Positions 43,246 to 54,390 of a stretch of 58,567 bases of DNA are shown here, piece after piece. Where the stretch lies: NCBI GenBank assembly GCA_964559755.1, contig CAZLHP010000005.1:10901-69467 (forward strand), in the 5' to 3' direction. The notes below the pieces were generated by a model. It was given only the letters and a program-made list of their open reading frames with translations, searched no databases and was not told the DNA's origin. Source of the DNA: an uncultured Candidatus Saccharibacteria bacterium (GTDB lineage Bacteria; Patescibacteriota; Minisyncoccia; Phycocordibacterales; UBA6065). Numbering within the stretch: the stretch's first letter is position 1; every line of letters begins with the position of its first letter. The position numbers and the translations under genes were made by a program.

Positions 43246-43836
43246 GTGAAGATATCATATATGTTAGATGTGCTGAGTGAATACCGCACAAAGACTGACG
43301 AAGAGGTGTTGGCAAAATCCTACGAGGTGCCACGCCTTTTCGAGTTATTGGTCTCGCGCCACGAGGAAGCCTTTTTGAGGAAAGCAAAACATATCTTGAA
43401 AAGTCCTGAAGCGGCACAAGATGTTGTTCAGGACACATTTGTAAAGATTTATATGTACGGGCGTAACTTTAAACCTGTAGAGGGCGCTCGTTTTACCTCA
43501 TGGGCATATCGCATTCTGATTAATACTTGTTTTTTGTGGTACAAGAAAAATAAACGAGACCGAGAATTTTCTACACTTATTGATGAAGAGCTCGAGGCCG
43601 TATTGCCTCATGATGACAAAGGTGAGCGTGCACGCATGCTTGATCGAGACTACCTTGAATCATTGTTTGCTGAATTACCTGAAACGTTTGCTCGTATTTT
43701 GAGATTGTATGTTGTTGATAACAAGGATTACGGTGAAATAGCGGCAATTGAAAAGGTGAGTGAGGGCGCAATAAAGACTCGCATGCATCGAGCTCGAGAA
43801 ATGATGAAGGAGCTTACAGAAAAAATTAAATATTAA
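43246..43836 (+). CDS. ECF-type sigma-70 family factor
   Basis: Region 2 (AQDVVQDTFVKIY; F.SWAYRILIN) and region 4 (DYGEIAAIEKVSEGAIKTRMHRAREMM) are present. The start is either the GTG at 43246 or the ATG at 43261. Confidence 0.8.
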   Translation: MKISYMLDVLSEYRTKTDEEVLAKSYEVPRLFELLVSRHEEAFLRKAKHILKSPEAAQDVVQDTFVKIYMYGRNFKPVEGARFTSWAYRILINTCFLWYKKNKRDREFSTLIDEELEAVLPHDDKGERARMLDRDYLESLFAELPETFARILRLYVVDNKDYGEIAAIEKVSEGAIKTRMHRAREMMKELTEKIKY

Positions 43837-43855
43837 TTAATACACTAGAGAGCAT

Positions 43856-44161
43856 ATGTCACACATAACACACCATGTCATGAATCGAGTGAATACGATT
43901 TATGCCGTACACAAAGTAAAGATTCTCGCTTTCAAGGCCGTGTTTGCTTTGGGCGCTTTGGCCCTTGTTGCTTCTGCTGTGTCGTTTACTCAGGTGTTTG
44001 AGAACAGTAAGCATGCAGATAACATTGTTGCTTTTGCAGTAAGCGCTGTGATGTCTACAGAGTTTCCTGTACAGGTATTGTTTGTCGCGCTCTGTATTTT
44101 TGCATATTTCTCAGTAAGAGACTTTATCGATATTCTCCGTGCTCGCAGGCAGATACGGTAG
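43856..44161 (+). CDS. Small two-TM membrane protein, a possible cognate anti-sigma factor
   Basis: It lies immediately downstream of the ECF sigma gene and has two hydrophobic helices. The call is made by position only. Confidence 0.35.
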   Translation: MSHITHHVMNRVNTIYAVHKVKILAFKAVFALGALALVASAVSFTQVFENSKHADNIVAFAVSAVMSTEFPVQVLFVALCIFAYFSVRDFIDILRARRQIR

Positions 44162-44198
44162 GTAAAAAGTCCCGCAAAGGCTTTTAATGAGAGTTTCC

Positions 44199-44227
44199 TT
44201 GACTTACAAGGCTTCCTCCTATAGTAT
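44199..44227 (+). promoter_or_regulatory. Candidate promoter of rpoBC, with a leader of about 180 nt
   Basis: It reads TTGACT (44199-44204), a 17-nt spacer, then TAGTAT (44222-44227). Confidence 0.4.
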
Positions 44228-44416
44228 CTATCTCAACTTCAGGCAAGATTGTGTAACAGGGGAATCCGAAGGATTAATAAAGGTTTAGTGGTCCTTTTCT
44301 TGCTTACGACAAACTAAAACAACTACAACGTGGCAGAGACCCTTTTATCGAGGGGACTTTTTGCGTTTTTGATGTCTATGCAAGGCGAGGAGAGATAAGT
44401 AGCAGTATCTCAATAT

Positions 44417-47400
44417 ATGAAAAGAGAAAAAAAATATTTCGGACGTTTCAAGGAAGCGCTTACCGAGATGCCGAATCTCGTAGAGTCTCAAATCCAGTCT
44501 TTCAACTGGCTCATTGAGAAAGGTCTCGGTGATTTGTTCGCTGAGTTTACACAACTCAAGGATTATTCAGAAAAAAAGTTTGAACTTTCGTTTACTGGTT
44601 TTGAGCTTGCTCAGCCAAAGTACGATGAGCACTATGCAAAGGCAAACAAGATGTCATACGAAGCGCCTCTCAAGGTTCGTGTGAAGCTCAAGAACAAAAT
44701 GTTCGATTCCACAAAGGAGCAGGAAATCTTTCTTGCCGATTTTCCTCTCATGACCTCTCACGGTACGTTCATCATCAACGGTATTGAACGTGTTATCGTT
44801 CCTCAGCTCGCTCGTTCTTTCGGTGTTTTCTTTACGTCTCAAGAAATAAAAGGAAAAACAGTATTCGGTGCAAAAATCATTCCAGCTCGTGGTGTATGGA
44901 TTGAAATTGAAACTGATACCGACGGTACACTCTATGCTCGTATAGACCGCAAGAGAAAGTTTCCTATTTCTTCTCTCATTCGTGTTCTTGCTCCAAAGGG
45001 TCAAGAAGACATTCTTTCGTATTTCAAGGCTGATCCAAAAGCAAAAGCTGTTATGGAGGCAACCCTTGCAAAAGACACAGCAAAAACTCTCGGTGAATCA
45101 TATATAGAGATTCACAAGCGTCTTCGTGACGGTGATCTTGCTACCGCTGACAACGCACGTGAATTTGTGAGCGGACTCTTTACTCCTGAACGATACGATA
45201 TTTCTCGTGTCGGACGTTTCCGTTTCAACAAACGCTTCGTTAAGGCGATGGAGGAAAAGGATCTCGAGCGTAAAACAATTTCTGCAGACGATATTGCTAC
45301 TATCGTTTCTCACATTGTTCACCTCAACAATGAACCAGATGCACTCGAAGATGATATCGATCACCTCGGCTCTCGACGTGTGCGTTATGTTGGTGAGCTC
45401 ATGCAACAGAAACTCCGTGTTGGTATGTCACAGATAAAGCGAAACATTCAGGATCGTATGTCTACCATCGAACCGGATGTGACTCTACCTGTGCAATTTA
45501 TTTCTCCTCGTCCTCTCCAGGCACGTCTCAAGGAATTCTTTACAACAAACCAGCTTTCTCAATTCATGCAACAGGAGAACATCCTCTCTGAAATTGAGCA
45601 CTTGAGAACTCTCTCGGCTCTCGGACCAGGTGGACTTACTCGTGAACGAGCAGGCTTTGAGGTTCGTGACGTACACCCATCTCACTACGGTCGTCTCTGT
45701 CCGATCCACACCCCTGAAGGTCCAAACATTGGTCTTATCTTGCGTCTCTCATGTTACGCACGTATCAACAACTTTGGAATGATTGAAACTCCGTACGCTA
45801 AAGTAAAAAACGGAAAGGTTACCAAAGAAATTGTGTACCTCAACGCTCTCGAAGAAGAAAACTTCAAGATTGCTCACGCTGCTACTAACTACGATGAAGA
45901 TGGAAAAATTAACGATGCAGAAGTAGAGGTTCGTGAAAACGGAAAGCCGATTGTGGTAAAGAGAGAAGAAGTGGACTTTATTGACGTTGCTACTAATCAG
46001 GCGTTTTCTATTGCAACATCGATGATCCCGTTCCTCAACCATGACGACGCAAACCGAGCACTCATGGGTTCGAACATGCAGAAACAAGCTACCCCATGTA
46101 TTATTCCAGAAGCCCCACTCGTTGCTACTGGTATTGAGGCAAAAGCAGCTGCTGATACAGGACGTATTGTTCTCGCTCCAGAAGAAGGAACGATTTCATA
46201 TGTTGATGCTGCAAAAGTTACATTCAAAAGCACAAAAGGAAAGGAAACAACATACAATCTCGTTTCATTCCAGCGAACAAATGGATTTACTGCTTTTCAT
46301 CAGCGACCGGTGGTATCTCTCGGAGACAAAGTAAAGAAGGGAGATGTTCTCGTTGACACATCAACATCTGATGGTGGACAAATGGCACTCGGACAGAACA
46401 TGCTCGTTGCCTTTATGTCATGGTCTGGTAGTAACTACGAAGACGCGATTATTCTCTCAGAGCGCCTCGTAAAGGAATCAAAGTTTACTTCTATTCATAT
46501 CGAAGAGTTTGTTGTGAATGTTCGTGATACAAAGCTCGGTCCTGAAGTAACCACTCACGATATTCCAAACGTAAGCGAAGTGAAACTCCGCAACCTCGAT
46601 GAAGAGGGTGTGATTCGTATCGGTGCAGAAGTTCGTTCAGGAGATATCCTCGTTGGTAAAATTACACCAAAGGGTGAAACACAACTCACTGCTGAAGAGC
46701 GTCTCCTTCGTTCTATTTTCGGTGAAAAAGCTCGAGATGTTAAAGACACCTCAAAGCGTATGGAAGGAGGAAAGAGAGGTCGTGTTATCGGCGTAAAAGT
46801 ATTCTCTCGTGAAAAGGGAGACAAACTCGAGTCGGGCATCATCAAACGTATTCACGTTGAAGTTGCTCAACTTCGAAATGTTTCAGTAGGTGACAAGCTT
46901 GCTGGACGACACGGAAACAAGGGAGTTATCTCAAAGATTCTTCCAGAAGAAGATATGCCATTTATGGCAGACGGAAAGCCTGTGGATGTTATCCTTACAC
47001 CACTTGGTGTTCCTTCTCGTATGAACCTCGGTCAGATTCTCGAACTTCACTTGGGTCTCGCTGCTCACACACTCGGTTATCAGGCTATTGTTCCTCCATT
47101 CGCAGGAGCATCTGATAAGGAAATCAAAGCAGAACTTGCAAAAGCAAACATTCCTCAAAACGGAAAGGTTACGCTCTATGACGGTAGAACAGGAGAAAAG
47201 TTCGACAAAGACATTGCTGTTGGATACATGTACATGCTCAAGCTTCACCACATGGTGGAAGACAAGATTCACATGCGTTCAATCGGTCCGTACTCTCTCA
47301 TTACTCAACAGCCACTCGGAGGAAAGGCACAGGGAGGAGGTCAGAGATTTGGAGAAATGGAAGTCTGGGCACTTTTGGGTCATGGATCAGCACACACATT

Positions 47401-47587
47401 GCGAGAAATCCTTACAGTAAAGTCTGACGATATTGTCGGTAGATCAGCTACATTTGATTCGATTGTGAAGGGAGAAAAGATGAAGGAGCCAAACATCCCT
47501 GCTTCGTTCAACGTACTTCTTAATAGCTTGAGAGGCCTAGCGCTCGATGTCGAACTCAAGAAAAAAGGAGATAAGAAAAATAAATAA
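44417..47587 (+). CDS. rpoB: DNA-directed RNA polymerase subunit beta
   Basis: Blocks diagnostic of RpoB are present: FMQQENILSEIEHLRTLSALGPGGLTRERAGFEVRDVHPSHYGRLCPIHTPEGPNIGLI, NMQKQA and GRHGNKGVISKI. The protein is compact at 1056 aa. Confidence 0.98.
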   Translation: MKREKKYFGRFKEALTEMPNLVESQIQSFNWLIEKGLGDLFAEFTQLKDYSEKKFELSFTGFELAQPKYDEHYAKANKMSYEAPLKVRVKLKNKMFDSTKEQEIFLADFPLMTSHGTFIINGIERVIVPQLARSFGVFFTSQEIKGKTVFGAKIIPARGVWIEIETDTDGTLYARIDRKRKFPISSLIRVLAPKGQEDILSYFKADPKAKAVMEATLAKDTAKTLGESYIEIHKRLRDGDLATADNAREFVSGLFTPERYDISRVGRFRFNKRFVKAMEEKDLERKTISADDIATIVSHIVHLNNEPDALEDDIDHLGSRRVRYVGELMQQKLRVGMSQIKRNIQDRMSTIEPDVTLPVQFISPRPLQARLKEFFTTNQLSQFMQQENILSEIEHLRTLSALGPGGLTRERAGFEVRDVHPSHYGRLCPIHTPEGPNIGLILRLSCYARINNFGMIETPYAKVKNGKVTKEIVYLNALEEENFKIAHAATNYDEDGKINDAEVEVRENGKPIVVKREEVDFIDVATNQAFSIATSMIPFLNHDDANRALMGSNMQKQATPCIIPEAPLVATGIEAKAAADTGRIVLAPEEGTISYVDAAKVTFKSTKGKETTYNLVSFQRTNGFTAFHQRPVVSLGDKVKKGDVLVDTSTSDGGQMALGQNMLVAFMSWSGSNYEDAIILSERLVKESKFTSIHIEEFVVNVRDTKLGPEVTTHDIPNVSEVKLRNLDEEGVIRIGAEVRSGDILVGKITPKGETQLTAEERLLRSIFGEKARDVKDTSKRMEGGKRGRVIGVKVFSREKGDKLESGIIKRIHVEVAQLRNVSVGDKLAGRHGNKGVISKILPEEDMPFMADGKPVDVILTPLGVPSRMNLGQILELHLGLAAHTLGYQAIVPPFAGASDKEIKAELAKANIPQNGKVTLYDGRTGEKFDKDIAVGYMYMLKLHHMVEDKIHMRSIGPYSLITQQPLGGKAQGGGQRFGEMEVWALLGHGSAHTLREILTVKSDDIVGRSATFDSIVKGEKMKEPNIPASFNVLLNSLRGLALDVELKKKGDKKNK

Positions 47588-47661
47588 CAATTAACAACCA
47601 ACGATTAATCTTTAACTAGAGAAAAAAGAAAAAGTTAATTGTTAATAATTTTCTAAAACAT

Positions 47662-50600
47662 ATGTCATACACACCAAAACAAAAAGCAGGAGAACTCAAT
47701 GATTTCGATACGGTACTTCTCCGTGTCGCATCTCCTGAGCGTATTAAAGAGTGGTCATTCGGTGAAGTTACCAAGCCTGAGACAATCAACTACCGTACTC
47801 AGCGTAGCGAAAAGAATGGTCTTTTCGATGAAAAGATATTCGGTCCAGACAAGGATTACGAATGTTACTGTGGAAAATACCGCGGTATTCGTTACAAGGG
47901 CATTGTCTGTGAAAAATGTGGAGTTGAAATAACTCGTTCTATCGTTAGACGCGATCGTATGGGACACATTGAACTTGCGACACCAGTTTCTCATATCTGG
48001 TTCCTTCGTTCTATGCCGTCACGTCTCGGTCTCGTTCTCGGAATGACAACAGCAGACCTCGAAAAAGTTATTTACTTTGCTGGATACATTGTTACTAAGG
48101 TTCATGAAAATGAACGTATTCAGATTCTCAAAGATCTCGAGTCTGAATTCAAGGCGAAGGTAAAAACTTCTCAAGACGAAAAGACAAAAGAAGCGCTCAA
48201 GGAAATGTACTCAAGCGCAAAGAAAGAAATTGATGGAATCATGGAAGGCGTTGTCATCGACGAAGTCCACTACCACAAGTTCTCAATGAAATACTCAACC
48301 CTTTTTGAGGCGGGTATTGGAGCTGAAGCTATCTTTGAGATTTGTAAAAATCTTGATTTGAAAAAGCTCGAAGAGCACATTGTAAATACTATCGACAATG
48401 CAAACTCAATCGATAGGGAAAAGATGAACAAGAGACTCTCGACTGTGCGCGCTATGATGCGATCAGGTGTGCGTCCTGAGTGGATGTTCCTCTCTCGTAT
48501 TCCAGTTATTCCACCAGCACTTCGCCCGATGGTTCCTCTCGATGGAGGTCGTTATGCGACATCAGACGTAAATGATTTGTATCGACGCGTTATCAACAGA
48601 AACAACCGTCTCGCAAAACTCAAGGAGATTCATGCTCCAGATGTGATCCTCAGAAACGAAAAGCGTATTCTTCAGGAAGCAGTAGACGCTCTCGTTGACA
48701 ACTCGATTCGTCACGGCAACTCAACAGTGAATGCTGGAGCACAATCACAGAAACGAGCGCTCAAGTCTCTCGCGGACAACCTCAAGGGTAAGAGAGGTCT
48801 CCTTCGTGGAAACCTTCTTGGAAAGCGTGTTGACTATTCAGGACGATCGGTAATCGTTGTGGGTCCTGAGCTCGCACTCAATGAATGTGGTTTGCCAAAG
48901 CACATGGCACTTGAACTCTTTAAACCTTTTGTTATTGGCGCGCTTCTCAAGCGAGAGCTCGCGTATAACATTCGTGGAGCATCTCGTCTCATTGATGACG
49001 GTATTCCTGAAGTGTGGGCAATACTCGAAGAGGTGATTTATGGAAAGTACGTGCTTCTCAACCGTGCTCCTACTCTTCACCGTCTCGGTATACAGGCCTT
49101 TAAGCCAACACTCATCGAAGGAAACGCTATTCAAGTACACCCACTCGTATGTACTGCCTTTAACGCGGACTTCGACGGTGACCAGATGGCGGTACACGTA
49201 CCACTTTCAGAAGAAGCTCAGGCAGAAGCTCGAGAAATCATGGCATCTGACAAGAACATTTTGAAGCCTGGTTCTGGAGATCCTGTGGTGTCAGCAAAAA
49301 TGCTCGACATTGTTCTCGGTTGTTACTGGATGACAAAGATTGTGAGCGGAGAAAAGGGAGAAGGAAAAGTATTCTCATCACCTGAAGACGCAGTGCTCGC
49401 ATCAGACTTCGGTGAAGTTTCATTTAGAGCTGCGATTAAAGTACTCGCTCCAACAACTCCAAAGTACAAAGACTTTGAAGGAAAGATTTTCGACACTACC
49501 GTAGGACGTATTCTCTTTAACGCTATATTGCCAGCAGAATATGCGTTCATTAACAAAGAAATTGAGCGTAAAACTATGGCGGGTATCGTTGATGATCTTC
49601 TCACACGATATGGAATGGCATCGGTTCCACCAATTCTCGACAAGGTAAAGAAGTTTGGATTCAAGTACACAACATACTCAGGTACATCATGGGGTATTGA
49701 TGACGTACTTACACCTGCTGGAAAAGATGAAGTGGTAAAACGTGCAAAGTCAGAGTCTGACAAAGTTGTTGAGCACTATCACGAAGGTCTTCTCTCTGAG
49801 GAAGAAAAAATCCGAAAGAATGTTGAGATCTGGCACAAAGCTAAAAGTGAAGTTGAAAAATTGATTCCAGCAACCCTTGATAAAAATGGTTCTGTGAGTG
49901 ACATGATTCAATCTGGAGCTCGAGGATCTATCGGTAACATTACACAGATGGCGGGAATGAAGGGTTTGATTACCAACACCGCTGGAGAGACTATTGAGTT
50001 CCCAATTATCTCAGGAATGAAGGAAGGACTTACTCCAATTGAGTACTTCATTACTACACACGGTGCTCGAAAGGGTCTTACTGACACCGCTCTCAACACT
50101 GCGCGTGCGGGATACCTCACTCGTCGTTTGTTCGATGTGGCTCAGGACGTTATGGTTACTGAAACTGATTGTGGTACCAAAGAATCTATTGTTATCAAAA
50201 AGGATAGCGCATCAGGTATTGATGTTGCACTCGCAAAGAATATTCGTGGACGTGTGCTTGCTGAGGATGTTGTAGACAAGGATGGCAAAGTTGTATTCAA
50301 GAAGGGCCACCTTATTAGCAAGACTGATGCTCAGAAAGTTGAAGCTTCAGGAGCTATGGAAATTCGTGTTCGCTCTCCGCTCACCTGTAAAACACTTCAC
50401 GGTGTATGTCAGCAGTGTTACGGAATCGACCTCGGAAAGAATCATCTCATTGATATTGGTGAAGCTGTTGGAACCGTTGCTGCTCAGGCTATCGGTGAGC
50501 CGGGAACACAGCTTACTATGCGTACATTCCACGCCGGAGGTACTGCATCTGTCGGAGGAGACATCACACAAGGTCTTCCACGTGTTGAAGAAGTGTTTGA

Positions 50601-51348
50601 AAAGCGTAAGCCAAAGAACTCTGCGGTTATCTCACACGTAAGTGGTACCGTGTCTTCTGTAAAAGATATGGGCAAGGAAAAGATTATTATGGTAATGCCT
50701 GATATCGAAGATCTTGCAAAGGGTGCAAAGAAAACACAAGAAGTTGAATACGTTTTCAACTACAAGCGTATGCCACTTGTGAAAATGGGTGACAAGGTAA
50801 AGAAGGGAGACATGCTCACTGACGGTTCTGCTGATATTGATGAGGTGTTTAAGTTCGCAGGTAAAGACAAGGCGATGGATTACATCATCAAAGAAATCGG
50901 TAAGATTTATGAGTTGCAAGGAGAAACAGTGTCACGTAAACACATTGAAATTATCGTGAAGCAAATGTTCTCTCGTAAGAGAGTAAAGGATGCAGCAGAT
51001 ACAAAGTTCTCTGTTGAAGACATTGTGGACGTGTATGATCTTAATGTTGAGAATGATCGCGTCAAGGAGGCAGGTAAAACTATTGCAACAGGCGAGCCTG
51101 TTGTGATGGGTATCACTGAAGTTTCTCTCTCTCGTCAGAGCTTCTTGTCTGCAGCGTCGTTCCAGCACACTACTCGAATCTTTATCAACGCTGCGATTAG
51201 AGGTACAGAAGACAGCCTCGTTGGTCTCAAGGAAAACGTTATTATCGGTAGACTTATTCCTGCAGGTACTGGTTATAAGGGCAGTGTAAAGCAAAAGATG
51301 ATTGAAGCGAGTGTTCCACCTCGTACTGATGAACAAGCTGGTAGATAG
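47662..51348 (+). CDS. rpoC: DNA-directed RNA polymerase subunit beta'
   Basis: The zinc motif YECYCGKYRGIRYKGIVCEKCGVE, the catalytic NADFDGDQMAVHVP and LNRAPTLHRLGIQAF are all present. Confidence 0.98.
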   Translation: MSYTPKQKAGELNDFDTVLLRVASPERIKEWSFGEVTKPETINYRTQRSEKNGLFDEKIFGPDKDYECYCGKYRGIRYKGIVCEKCGVEITRSIVRRDRMGHIELATPVSHIWFLRSMPSRLGLVLGMTTADLEKVIYFAGYIVTKVHENERIQILKDLESEFKAKVKTSQDEKTKEALKEMYSSAKKEIDGIMEGVVIDEVHYHKFSMKYSTLFEAGIGAEAIFEICKNLDLKKLEEHIVNTIDNANSIDREKMNKRLSTVRAMMRSGVRPEWMFLSRIPVIPPALRPMVPLDGGRYATSDVNDLYRRVINRNNRLAKLKEIHAPDVILRNEKRILQEAVDALVDNSIRHGNSTVNAGAQSQKRALKSLADNLKGKRGLLRGNLLGKRVDYSGRSVIVVGPELALNECGLPKHMALELFKPFVIGALLKRELAYNIRGASRLIDDGIPEVWAILEEVIYGKYVLLNRAPTLHRLGIQAFKPTLIEGNAIQVHPLVCTAFNADFDGDQMAVHVPLSEEAQAEAREIMASDKNILKPGSGDPVVSAKMLDIVLGCYWMTKIVSGEKGEGKVFSSPEDAVLASDFGEVSFRAAIKVLAPTTPKYKDFEGKIFDTTVGRILFNAILPAEYAFINKEIERKTMAGIVDDLLTRYGMASVPPILDKVKKFGFKYTTYSGTSWGIDDVLTPAGKDEVVKRAKSESDKVVEHYHEGLLSEEEKIRKNVEIWHKAKSEVEKLIPATLDKNGSVSDMIQSGARGSIGNITQMAGMKGLITNTAGETIEFPIISGMKEGLTPIEYFITTHGARKGLTDTALNTARAGYLTRRLFDVAQDVMVTETDCGTKESIVIKKDSASGIDVALAKNIRGRVLAEDVVDKDGKVVFKKGHLISKTDAQKVEASGAMEIRVRSPLTCKTLHGVCQQCYGIDLGKNHLIDIGEAVGTVAAQAIGEPGTQLTMRTFHAGGTASVGGDITQGLPRVEEVFEKRKPKNSAVISHVSGTVSSVKDMGKEKIIMVMPDIEDLAKGAKKTQEVEYVFNYKRMPLVKMGDKVKKGDMLTDGSADIDEVFKFAGKDKAMDYIIKEIGKIYELQGETVSRKHIEIIVKQMFSRKRVKDAADTKFSVEDIVDVYDLNVENDRVKEAGKTIATGEPVVMGITEVSLSRQSFLSAASFQHTTRIFINAAIRGTEDSLVGLKENVIIGRLIPAGTGYKGSVKQKMIEASVPPRTDEQAGR

Positions 51349-51391
51349 TGCGCCGTATAGTGCCTGAGGCGCCAGGCACCTCTCTCGTGTT

Positions 51392-53131
51392 ATGAAAAAA
51401 GATCACGTTCAGGAGATAAAAGATCGCCTCGCGATTCAAGACGTCATTAGTTCGTATATAAAGATTGAAAAGGCCGGGTCTAATTTTAAGGCTCGTTGTC
51501 CTTTTCATAATGAAAAAACGCCATCATTCTTTATTAGTCCTGATAGGGGAACATACTACTGTTTTGGATGTGGTGAAAAAGGCGACGCGTTTTCTTTTGT
51601 TGAAAAGTTCGAAGGATTAGATTTCAAGGGTGCGCTCAAGGTGCTTGCTCAAAAGGCTGGTGTCGAGCTCACTCCTGTTTCTTCGGGAGGTGTACGTGAT
51701 GACAAAGAGCGACTCTACAAAATAGTTGAAGACGCAACGGTATTCTTTGAGGAGCAACTCAAAGTAAACACTGAAGCGCGAGCGTATGTAACATCACGAG
51801 GTATTACCGACAAGACGGTTCGACATATGCGTATAGGGTATGCCCCTTCGGATTGGAGACAGCTTCGTGCGTACTTGGCATCGAAAAAATACACAGATGC
51901 TGAGGTGTTGTCTGTAGGACTCATCAAGAAAACAGACAAGAAAACAGAGGATCCGTACTACGATGTCTTTCGTGGTCGTATCATGTTTCCTATCGCAGAT
52001 TCTTCTGGTCGGGTAGTCGCGTTTTCTGGAAGAATTGTAGTTGATGATGAGAAGTCTCCAAAATATCTCAACAGTCCAGAAACCGTACTCTTTACTAAAT
52101 CAAAAGTATTGTATGGTTTAGATAAAGCAAAGCAATCAATACGCACGAGTAATTACGCGATACTTGTCGAGGGTCAAATGGACTTGGTCATGTCTCATCA
52201 GGCAGGATTTACGAATACGGTTGCTGCCTCGGGCACAGCCTTTTCAGAAGATGAAAATAATGATGGACACGTTTCTGGTATTGGTTTGGTGACTCGCCTG
52301 TCAAAGAACATTATCATTGCTTTTGATAGTGATGACGCAGGATACAAAGCAACGCTTCGTGCAGGTAGGATTGCTCTCGGGATGGGCATGGATGTAAAGA
52401 TCACTACTATTGTGGGAGGCAAAGACCCTGCTGATATTATCAAAGCAAATCCAAGCCACTGGGCAGATGTGATAAAGAGCGCAACTCCTATCGTGCCTTT
52501 TATTTTGAAAAGGATTGTGGGTCAGGTGACTGATCAGAAAAAAATAGGCGTTTTGATTCGTGCGGAGTTGTTACCGTATGTTGCGCTTCACGAGAGTTCT
52601 ATTGAGCAAGCACGACTTATAGAGTATATTTCAGGAGAAACAGGTATTAAATCAGATGCGCTGTGGGGTGATATCTCAAAGATCACTGTTCAGACAACTC
52701 AAGATTATTCCACGAGCGTGGTTTCACAAAGTGCACTTTCTCGTCTCGAACAGATTGAAAGAAAAATTTTCGGCATTCTCAATTTGTACAAAGACAAAAA
52801 GACACTCGAGCTCCAGCATAGCCGTATTCGTGATATTGTTGGAGACAAGACATGTAGCTGGTATGAGTCATTACCTCCAACCGAGATATCAACACTCATC
52901 ACGCCGATTGAGGTCATGTACGGAGAAAAGGGTGTGGGGCAAAAGGAATTTGATGAGCTCATTTTATTACTAGAAAAAGAGTATATAAAGAAGAAACGGG
53001 AAGAAGTCGGAAGCTCTATTAAAAAAGCTCAAACAGAAAAAAATAGTATACGAGAGCAGGCGCTTCTCAAGGAGCATCACGTGTTATCAAAAAAGATGAA
53101 TGAGATTGATATAATACTTAGTAAAAAATAA
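51392..53131 (+). CDS. dnaG: DNA primase DnaG
   Basis: It has the zinc finger [30 protein letters not shown], the RNA polymerase core and a TOPRIM domain ([10 protein letters not shown]; [10 protein letters not shown]). Confidence 0.93.
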   Translation: MKKDHVQEIKDRLAIQDVISSYIKIEKAGSNFKARCPFHNEKTPSFFISPDRGTYYCFGCGEKGDAFSFVEKFEGLDFKGALKVLAQKAGVELTPVSSGGVRDDKERLYKIVEDATVFFEEQLKVNTEARAYVTSRGITDKTVRHMRIGYAPSDWRQLRAYLASKKYTDAEVLSVGLIKKTDKKTEDPYYDVFRGRIMFPIADSSGRVVAFSGRIVVDDEKSPKYLNSPETVLFTKSKVLYGLDKAKQSIRTSNYAILVEGQMDLVMSHQAGFTNTVAASGTAFSEDENNDGHVSGIGLVTRLSKNIIIAFDSDDAGYKATLRAGRIALGMGMDVKITTIVGGKDPADIIKANPSHWADVIKSATPIVPFILKRIVGQVTDQKKIGVLIRAELLPYVALHESSIEQARLIEYISGETGIKSDALWGDISKITVQTTQDYSTSVVSQSALSRLEQIERKIFGILNLYKDKKTLELQHSRIRDIVGDKTCSWYESLPPTEISTLITPIEVMYGEKGVGQKEFDELILLLEKEYIKKKREEVGSSIKKAQTEKNSIREQALLKEHHVLSKKMNEIDIILSKK

Positions 53132-53133
53132 TT

Positions 53134-54348
53134 ATGGCAACTAAAAAAACAACAAAAAAAGTAAAGTCTGTAGCTAAACGGTCGGTTGCTCAAAAGAAAA
53201 CCAAAGCCGTAAAGAGTAAGGCTGTCAAAAAACCAAAGGCACCAAAAGCGCCGGTGGTTAAAGTTTCTAAAAAGGCAAAGGATCTCGATACCAAAGCAAA
53301 CAAACTCATTCACAAAGGTAAGGAGCGCGGATTCGTTACGTTCGATGAGATTTTGAAAGAGTTTCCAACAATCGAGGATGATATTATTTTCCTCGATGAG
53401 TTGTATACAAAATTTACTGTTGCCGGTATCGATGTGCTTGAGAGTGGTGGCATGCTTGATATCGAACAGGAGGAGCCTACAAAACGTTACGGTGGAGGAA
53501 AAACAGGCGAATCTTCATATGACTCTATTCAGATGTACTTGAAGGAAATTGGTCAGTATCCTCTCGTATCTGCAGCGATGGAAAAAGAGCTCGCTCGTCG
53601 CATTGAGGCAGGAGATGATGAGGCAAAGAATTTGCTCGCAAAAGCGAACCTCCGTCTCGTTGTGTCTATTGCAAAAAAGTATGTTGGACGAAGTGCAGAC
53701 CTCACTCTCCTCGACTTGATTCAAGAGGGAAATCTCGGTTTGTTCAAGGCCGTAGACAAGTTTGACTGGACCAAGGGGTACAAATTTTCAACATATGCAA
53801 CATGGTGGATTCGTCAGGCTATTACTCGCGCACTCGCTGATCAGTCTCGAACCATTCGTGTGCCAGTACACATGGTTGAGACCATTGCAAAATACAAACA
53901 GGTAGTACGTCGTCTCTCTCAGGATTTGGGACGTGATCCTTTGCCTGATGAAATTGCGGTTGAAATGGGTCTTGATGTAGACAAGGTGTATCAGATTGAA
54001 AAAATTGATCAGGATACAGTTTCTCTCGAAAGCCCTGTGGGTGATGATGGGGATGATGGCAAATCAACTCTCGGAGATTTTCTTTCAGACGACAAAATTT
54101 TGTCTCCCGATCAAGAGTCATCTCGTCGCATTCTCACTGATCAGGTCAAGGAAATACTTGATGATCTCTCTCCAAAAGAACGAAAGATTTTGGAAATGAG
54201 ACATGGGCTCATGGACGGTATTACTCACACTCTCGAAGAAGTAGGCAAGGAGTTTGGCGTCACTCGTGAACGTATCAGACAGATTGAAGCAAAGGCGCAC
54301 GAAAAGATACGACAGCATGAAAAAATAAATAGACTTAAAAATTATTAA
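53134..54348 (+). CDS. rpoD: Primary sigma factor RpoD with a Lys-rich N-terminus
   Basis: Region 2 ([61 protein letters not shown]) and region 4 ([23 protein letters not shown]) are present. The start is 2 nt after the dnaG stop. Confidence 0.95.
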   Translation: MATKKTTKKVKSVAKRSVAQKKTKAVKSKAVKKPKAPKAPVVKVSKKAKDLDTKANKLIHKGKERGFVTFDEILKEFPTIEDDIIFLDELYTKFTVAGIDVLESGGMLDIEQEEPTKRYGGGKTGESSYDSIQMYLKEIGQYPLVSAAMEKELARRIEAGDDEAKNLLAKANLRLVVSIAKKYVGRSADLTLLDLIQEGNLGLFKAVDKFDWTKGYKFSTYATWWIRQAITRALADQSRTIRVPVHMVETIAKYKQVVRRLSQDLGRDPLPDEIAVEMGLDVDKVYQIEKIDQDTVSLESPVGDDGDDGKSTLGDFLSDDKILSPDQESSRRILTDQVKEILDDLSPKERKILEMRHGLMDGITHTLEEVGKEFGVTRERIRQIEAKAHEKIRQHEKINRLKNY

Positions 54349-54352
54349 GATA

Positions 54353-54390
54353 AAAACCGGAGTCACTGTGGACTCCGGTTTTTGTTTTTA
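54353..54390. terminator. Bidirectional terminator after rpoD
   Basis: The hairpin is AACCGGAGTC-ACTGTG-GACTCCGGTT followed by TTTGTTTTT. It overlaps the stop of the convergent 54388-54783 gene. Confidence 0.75.
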
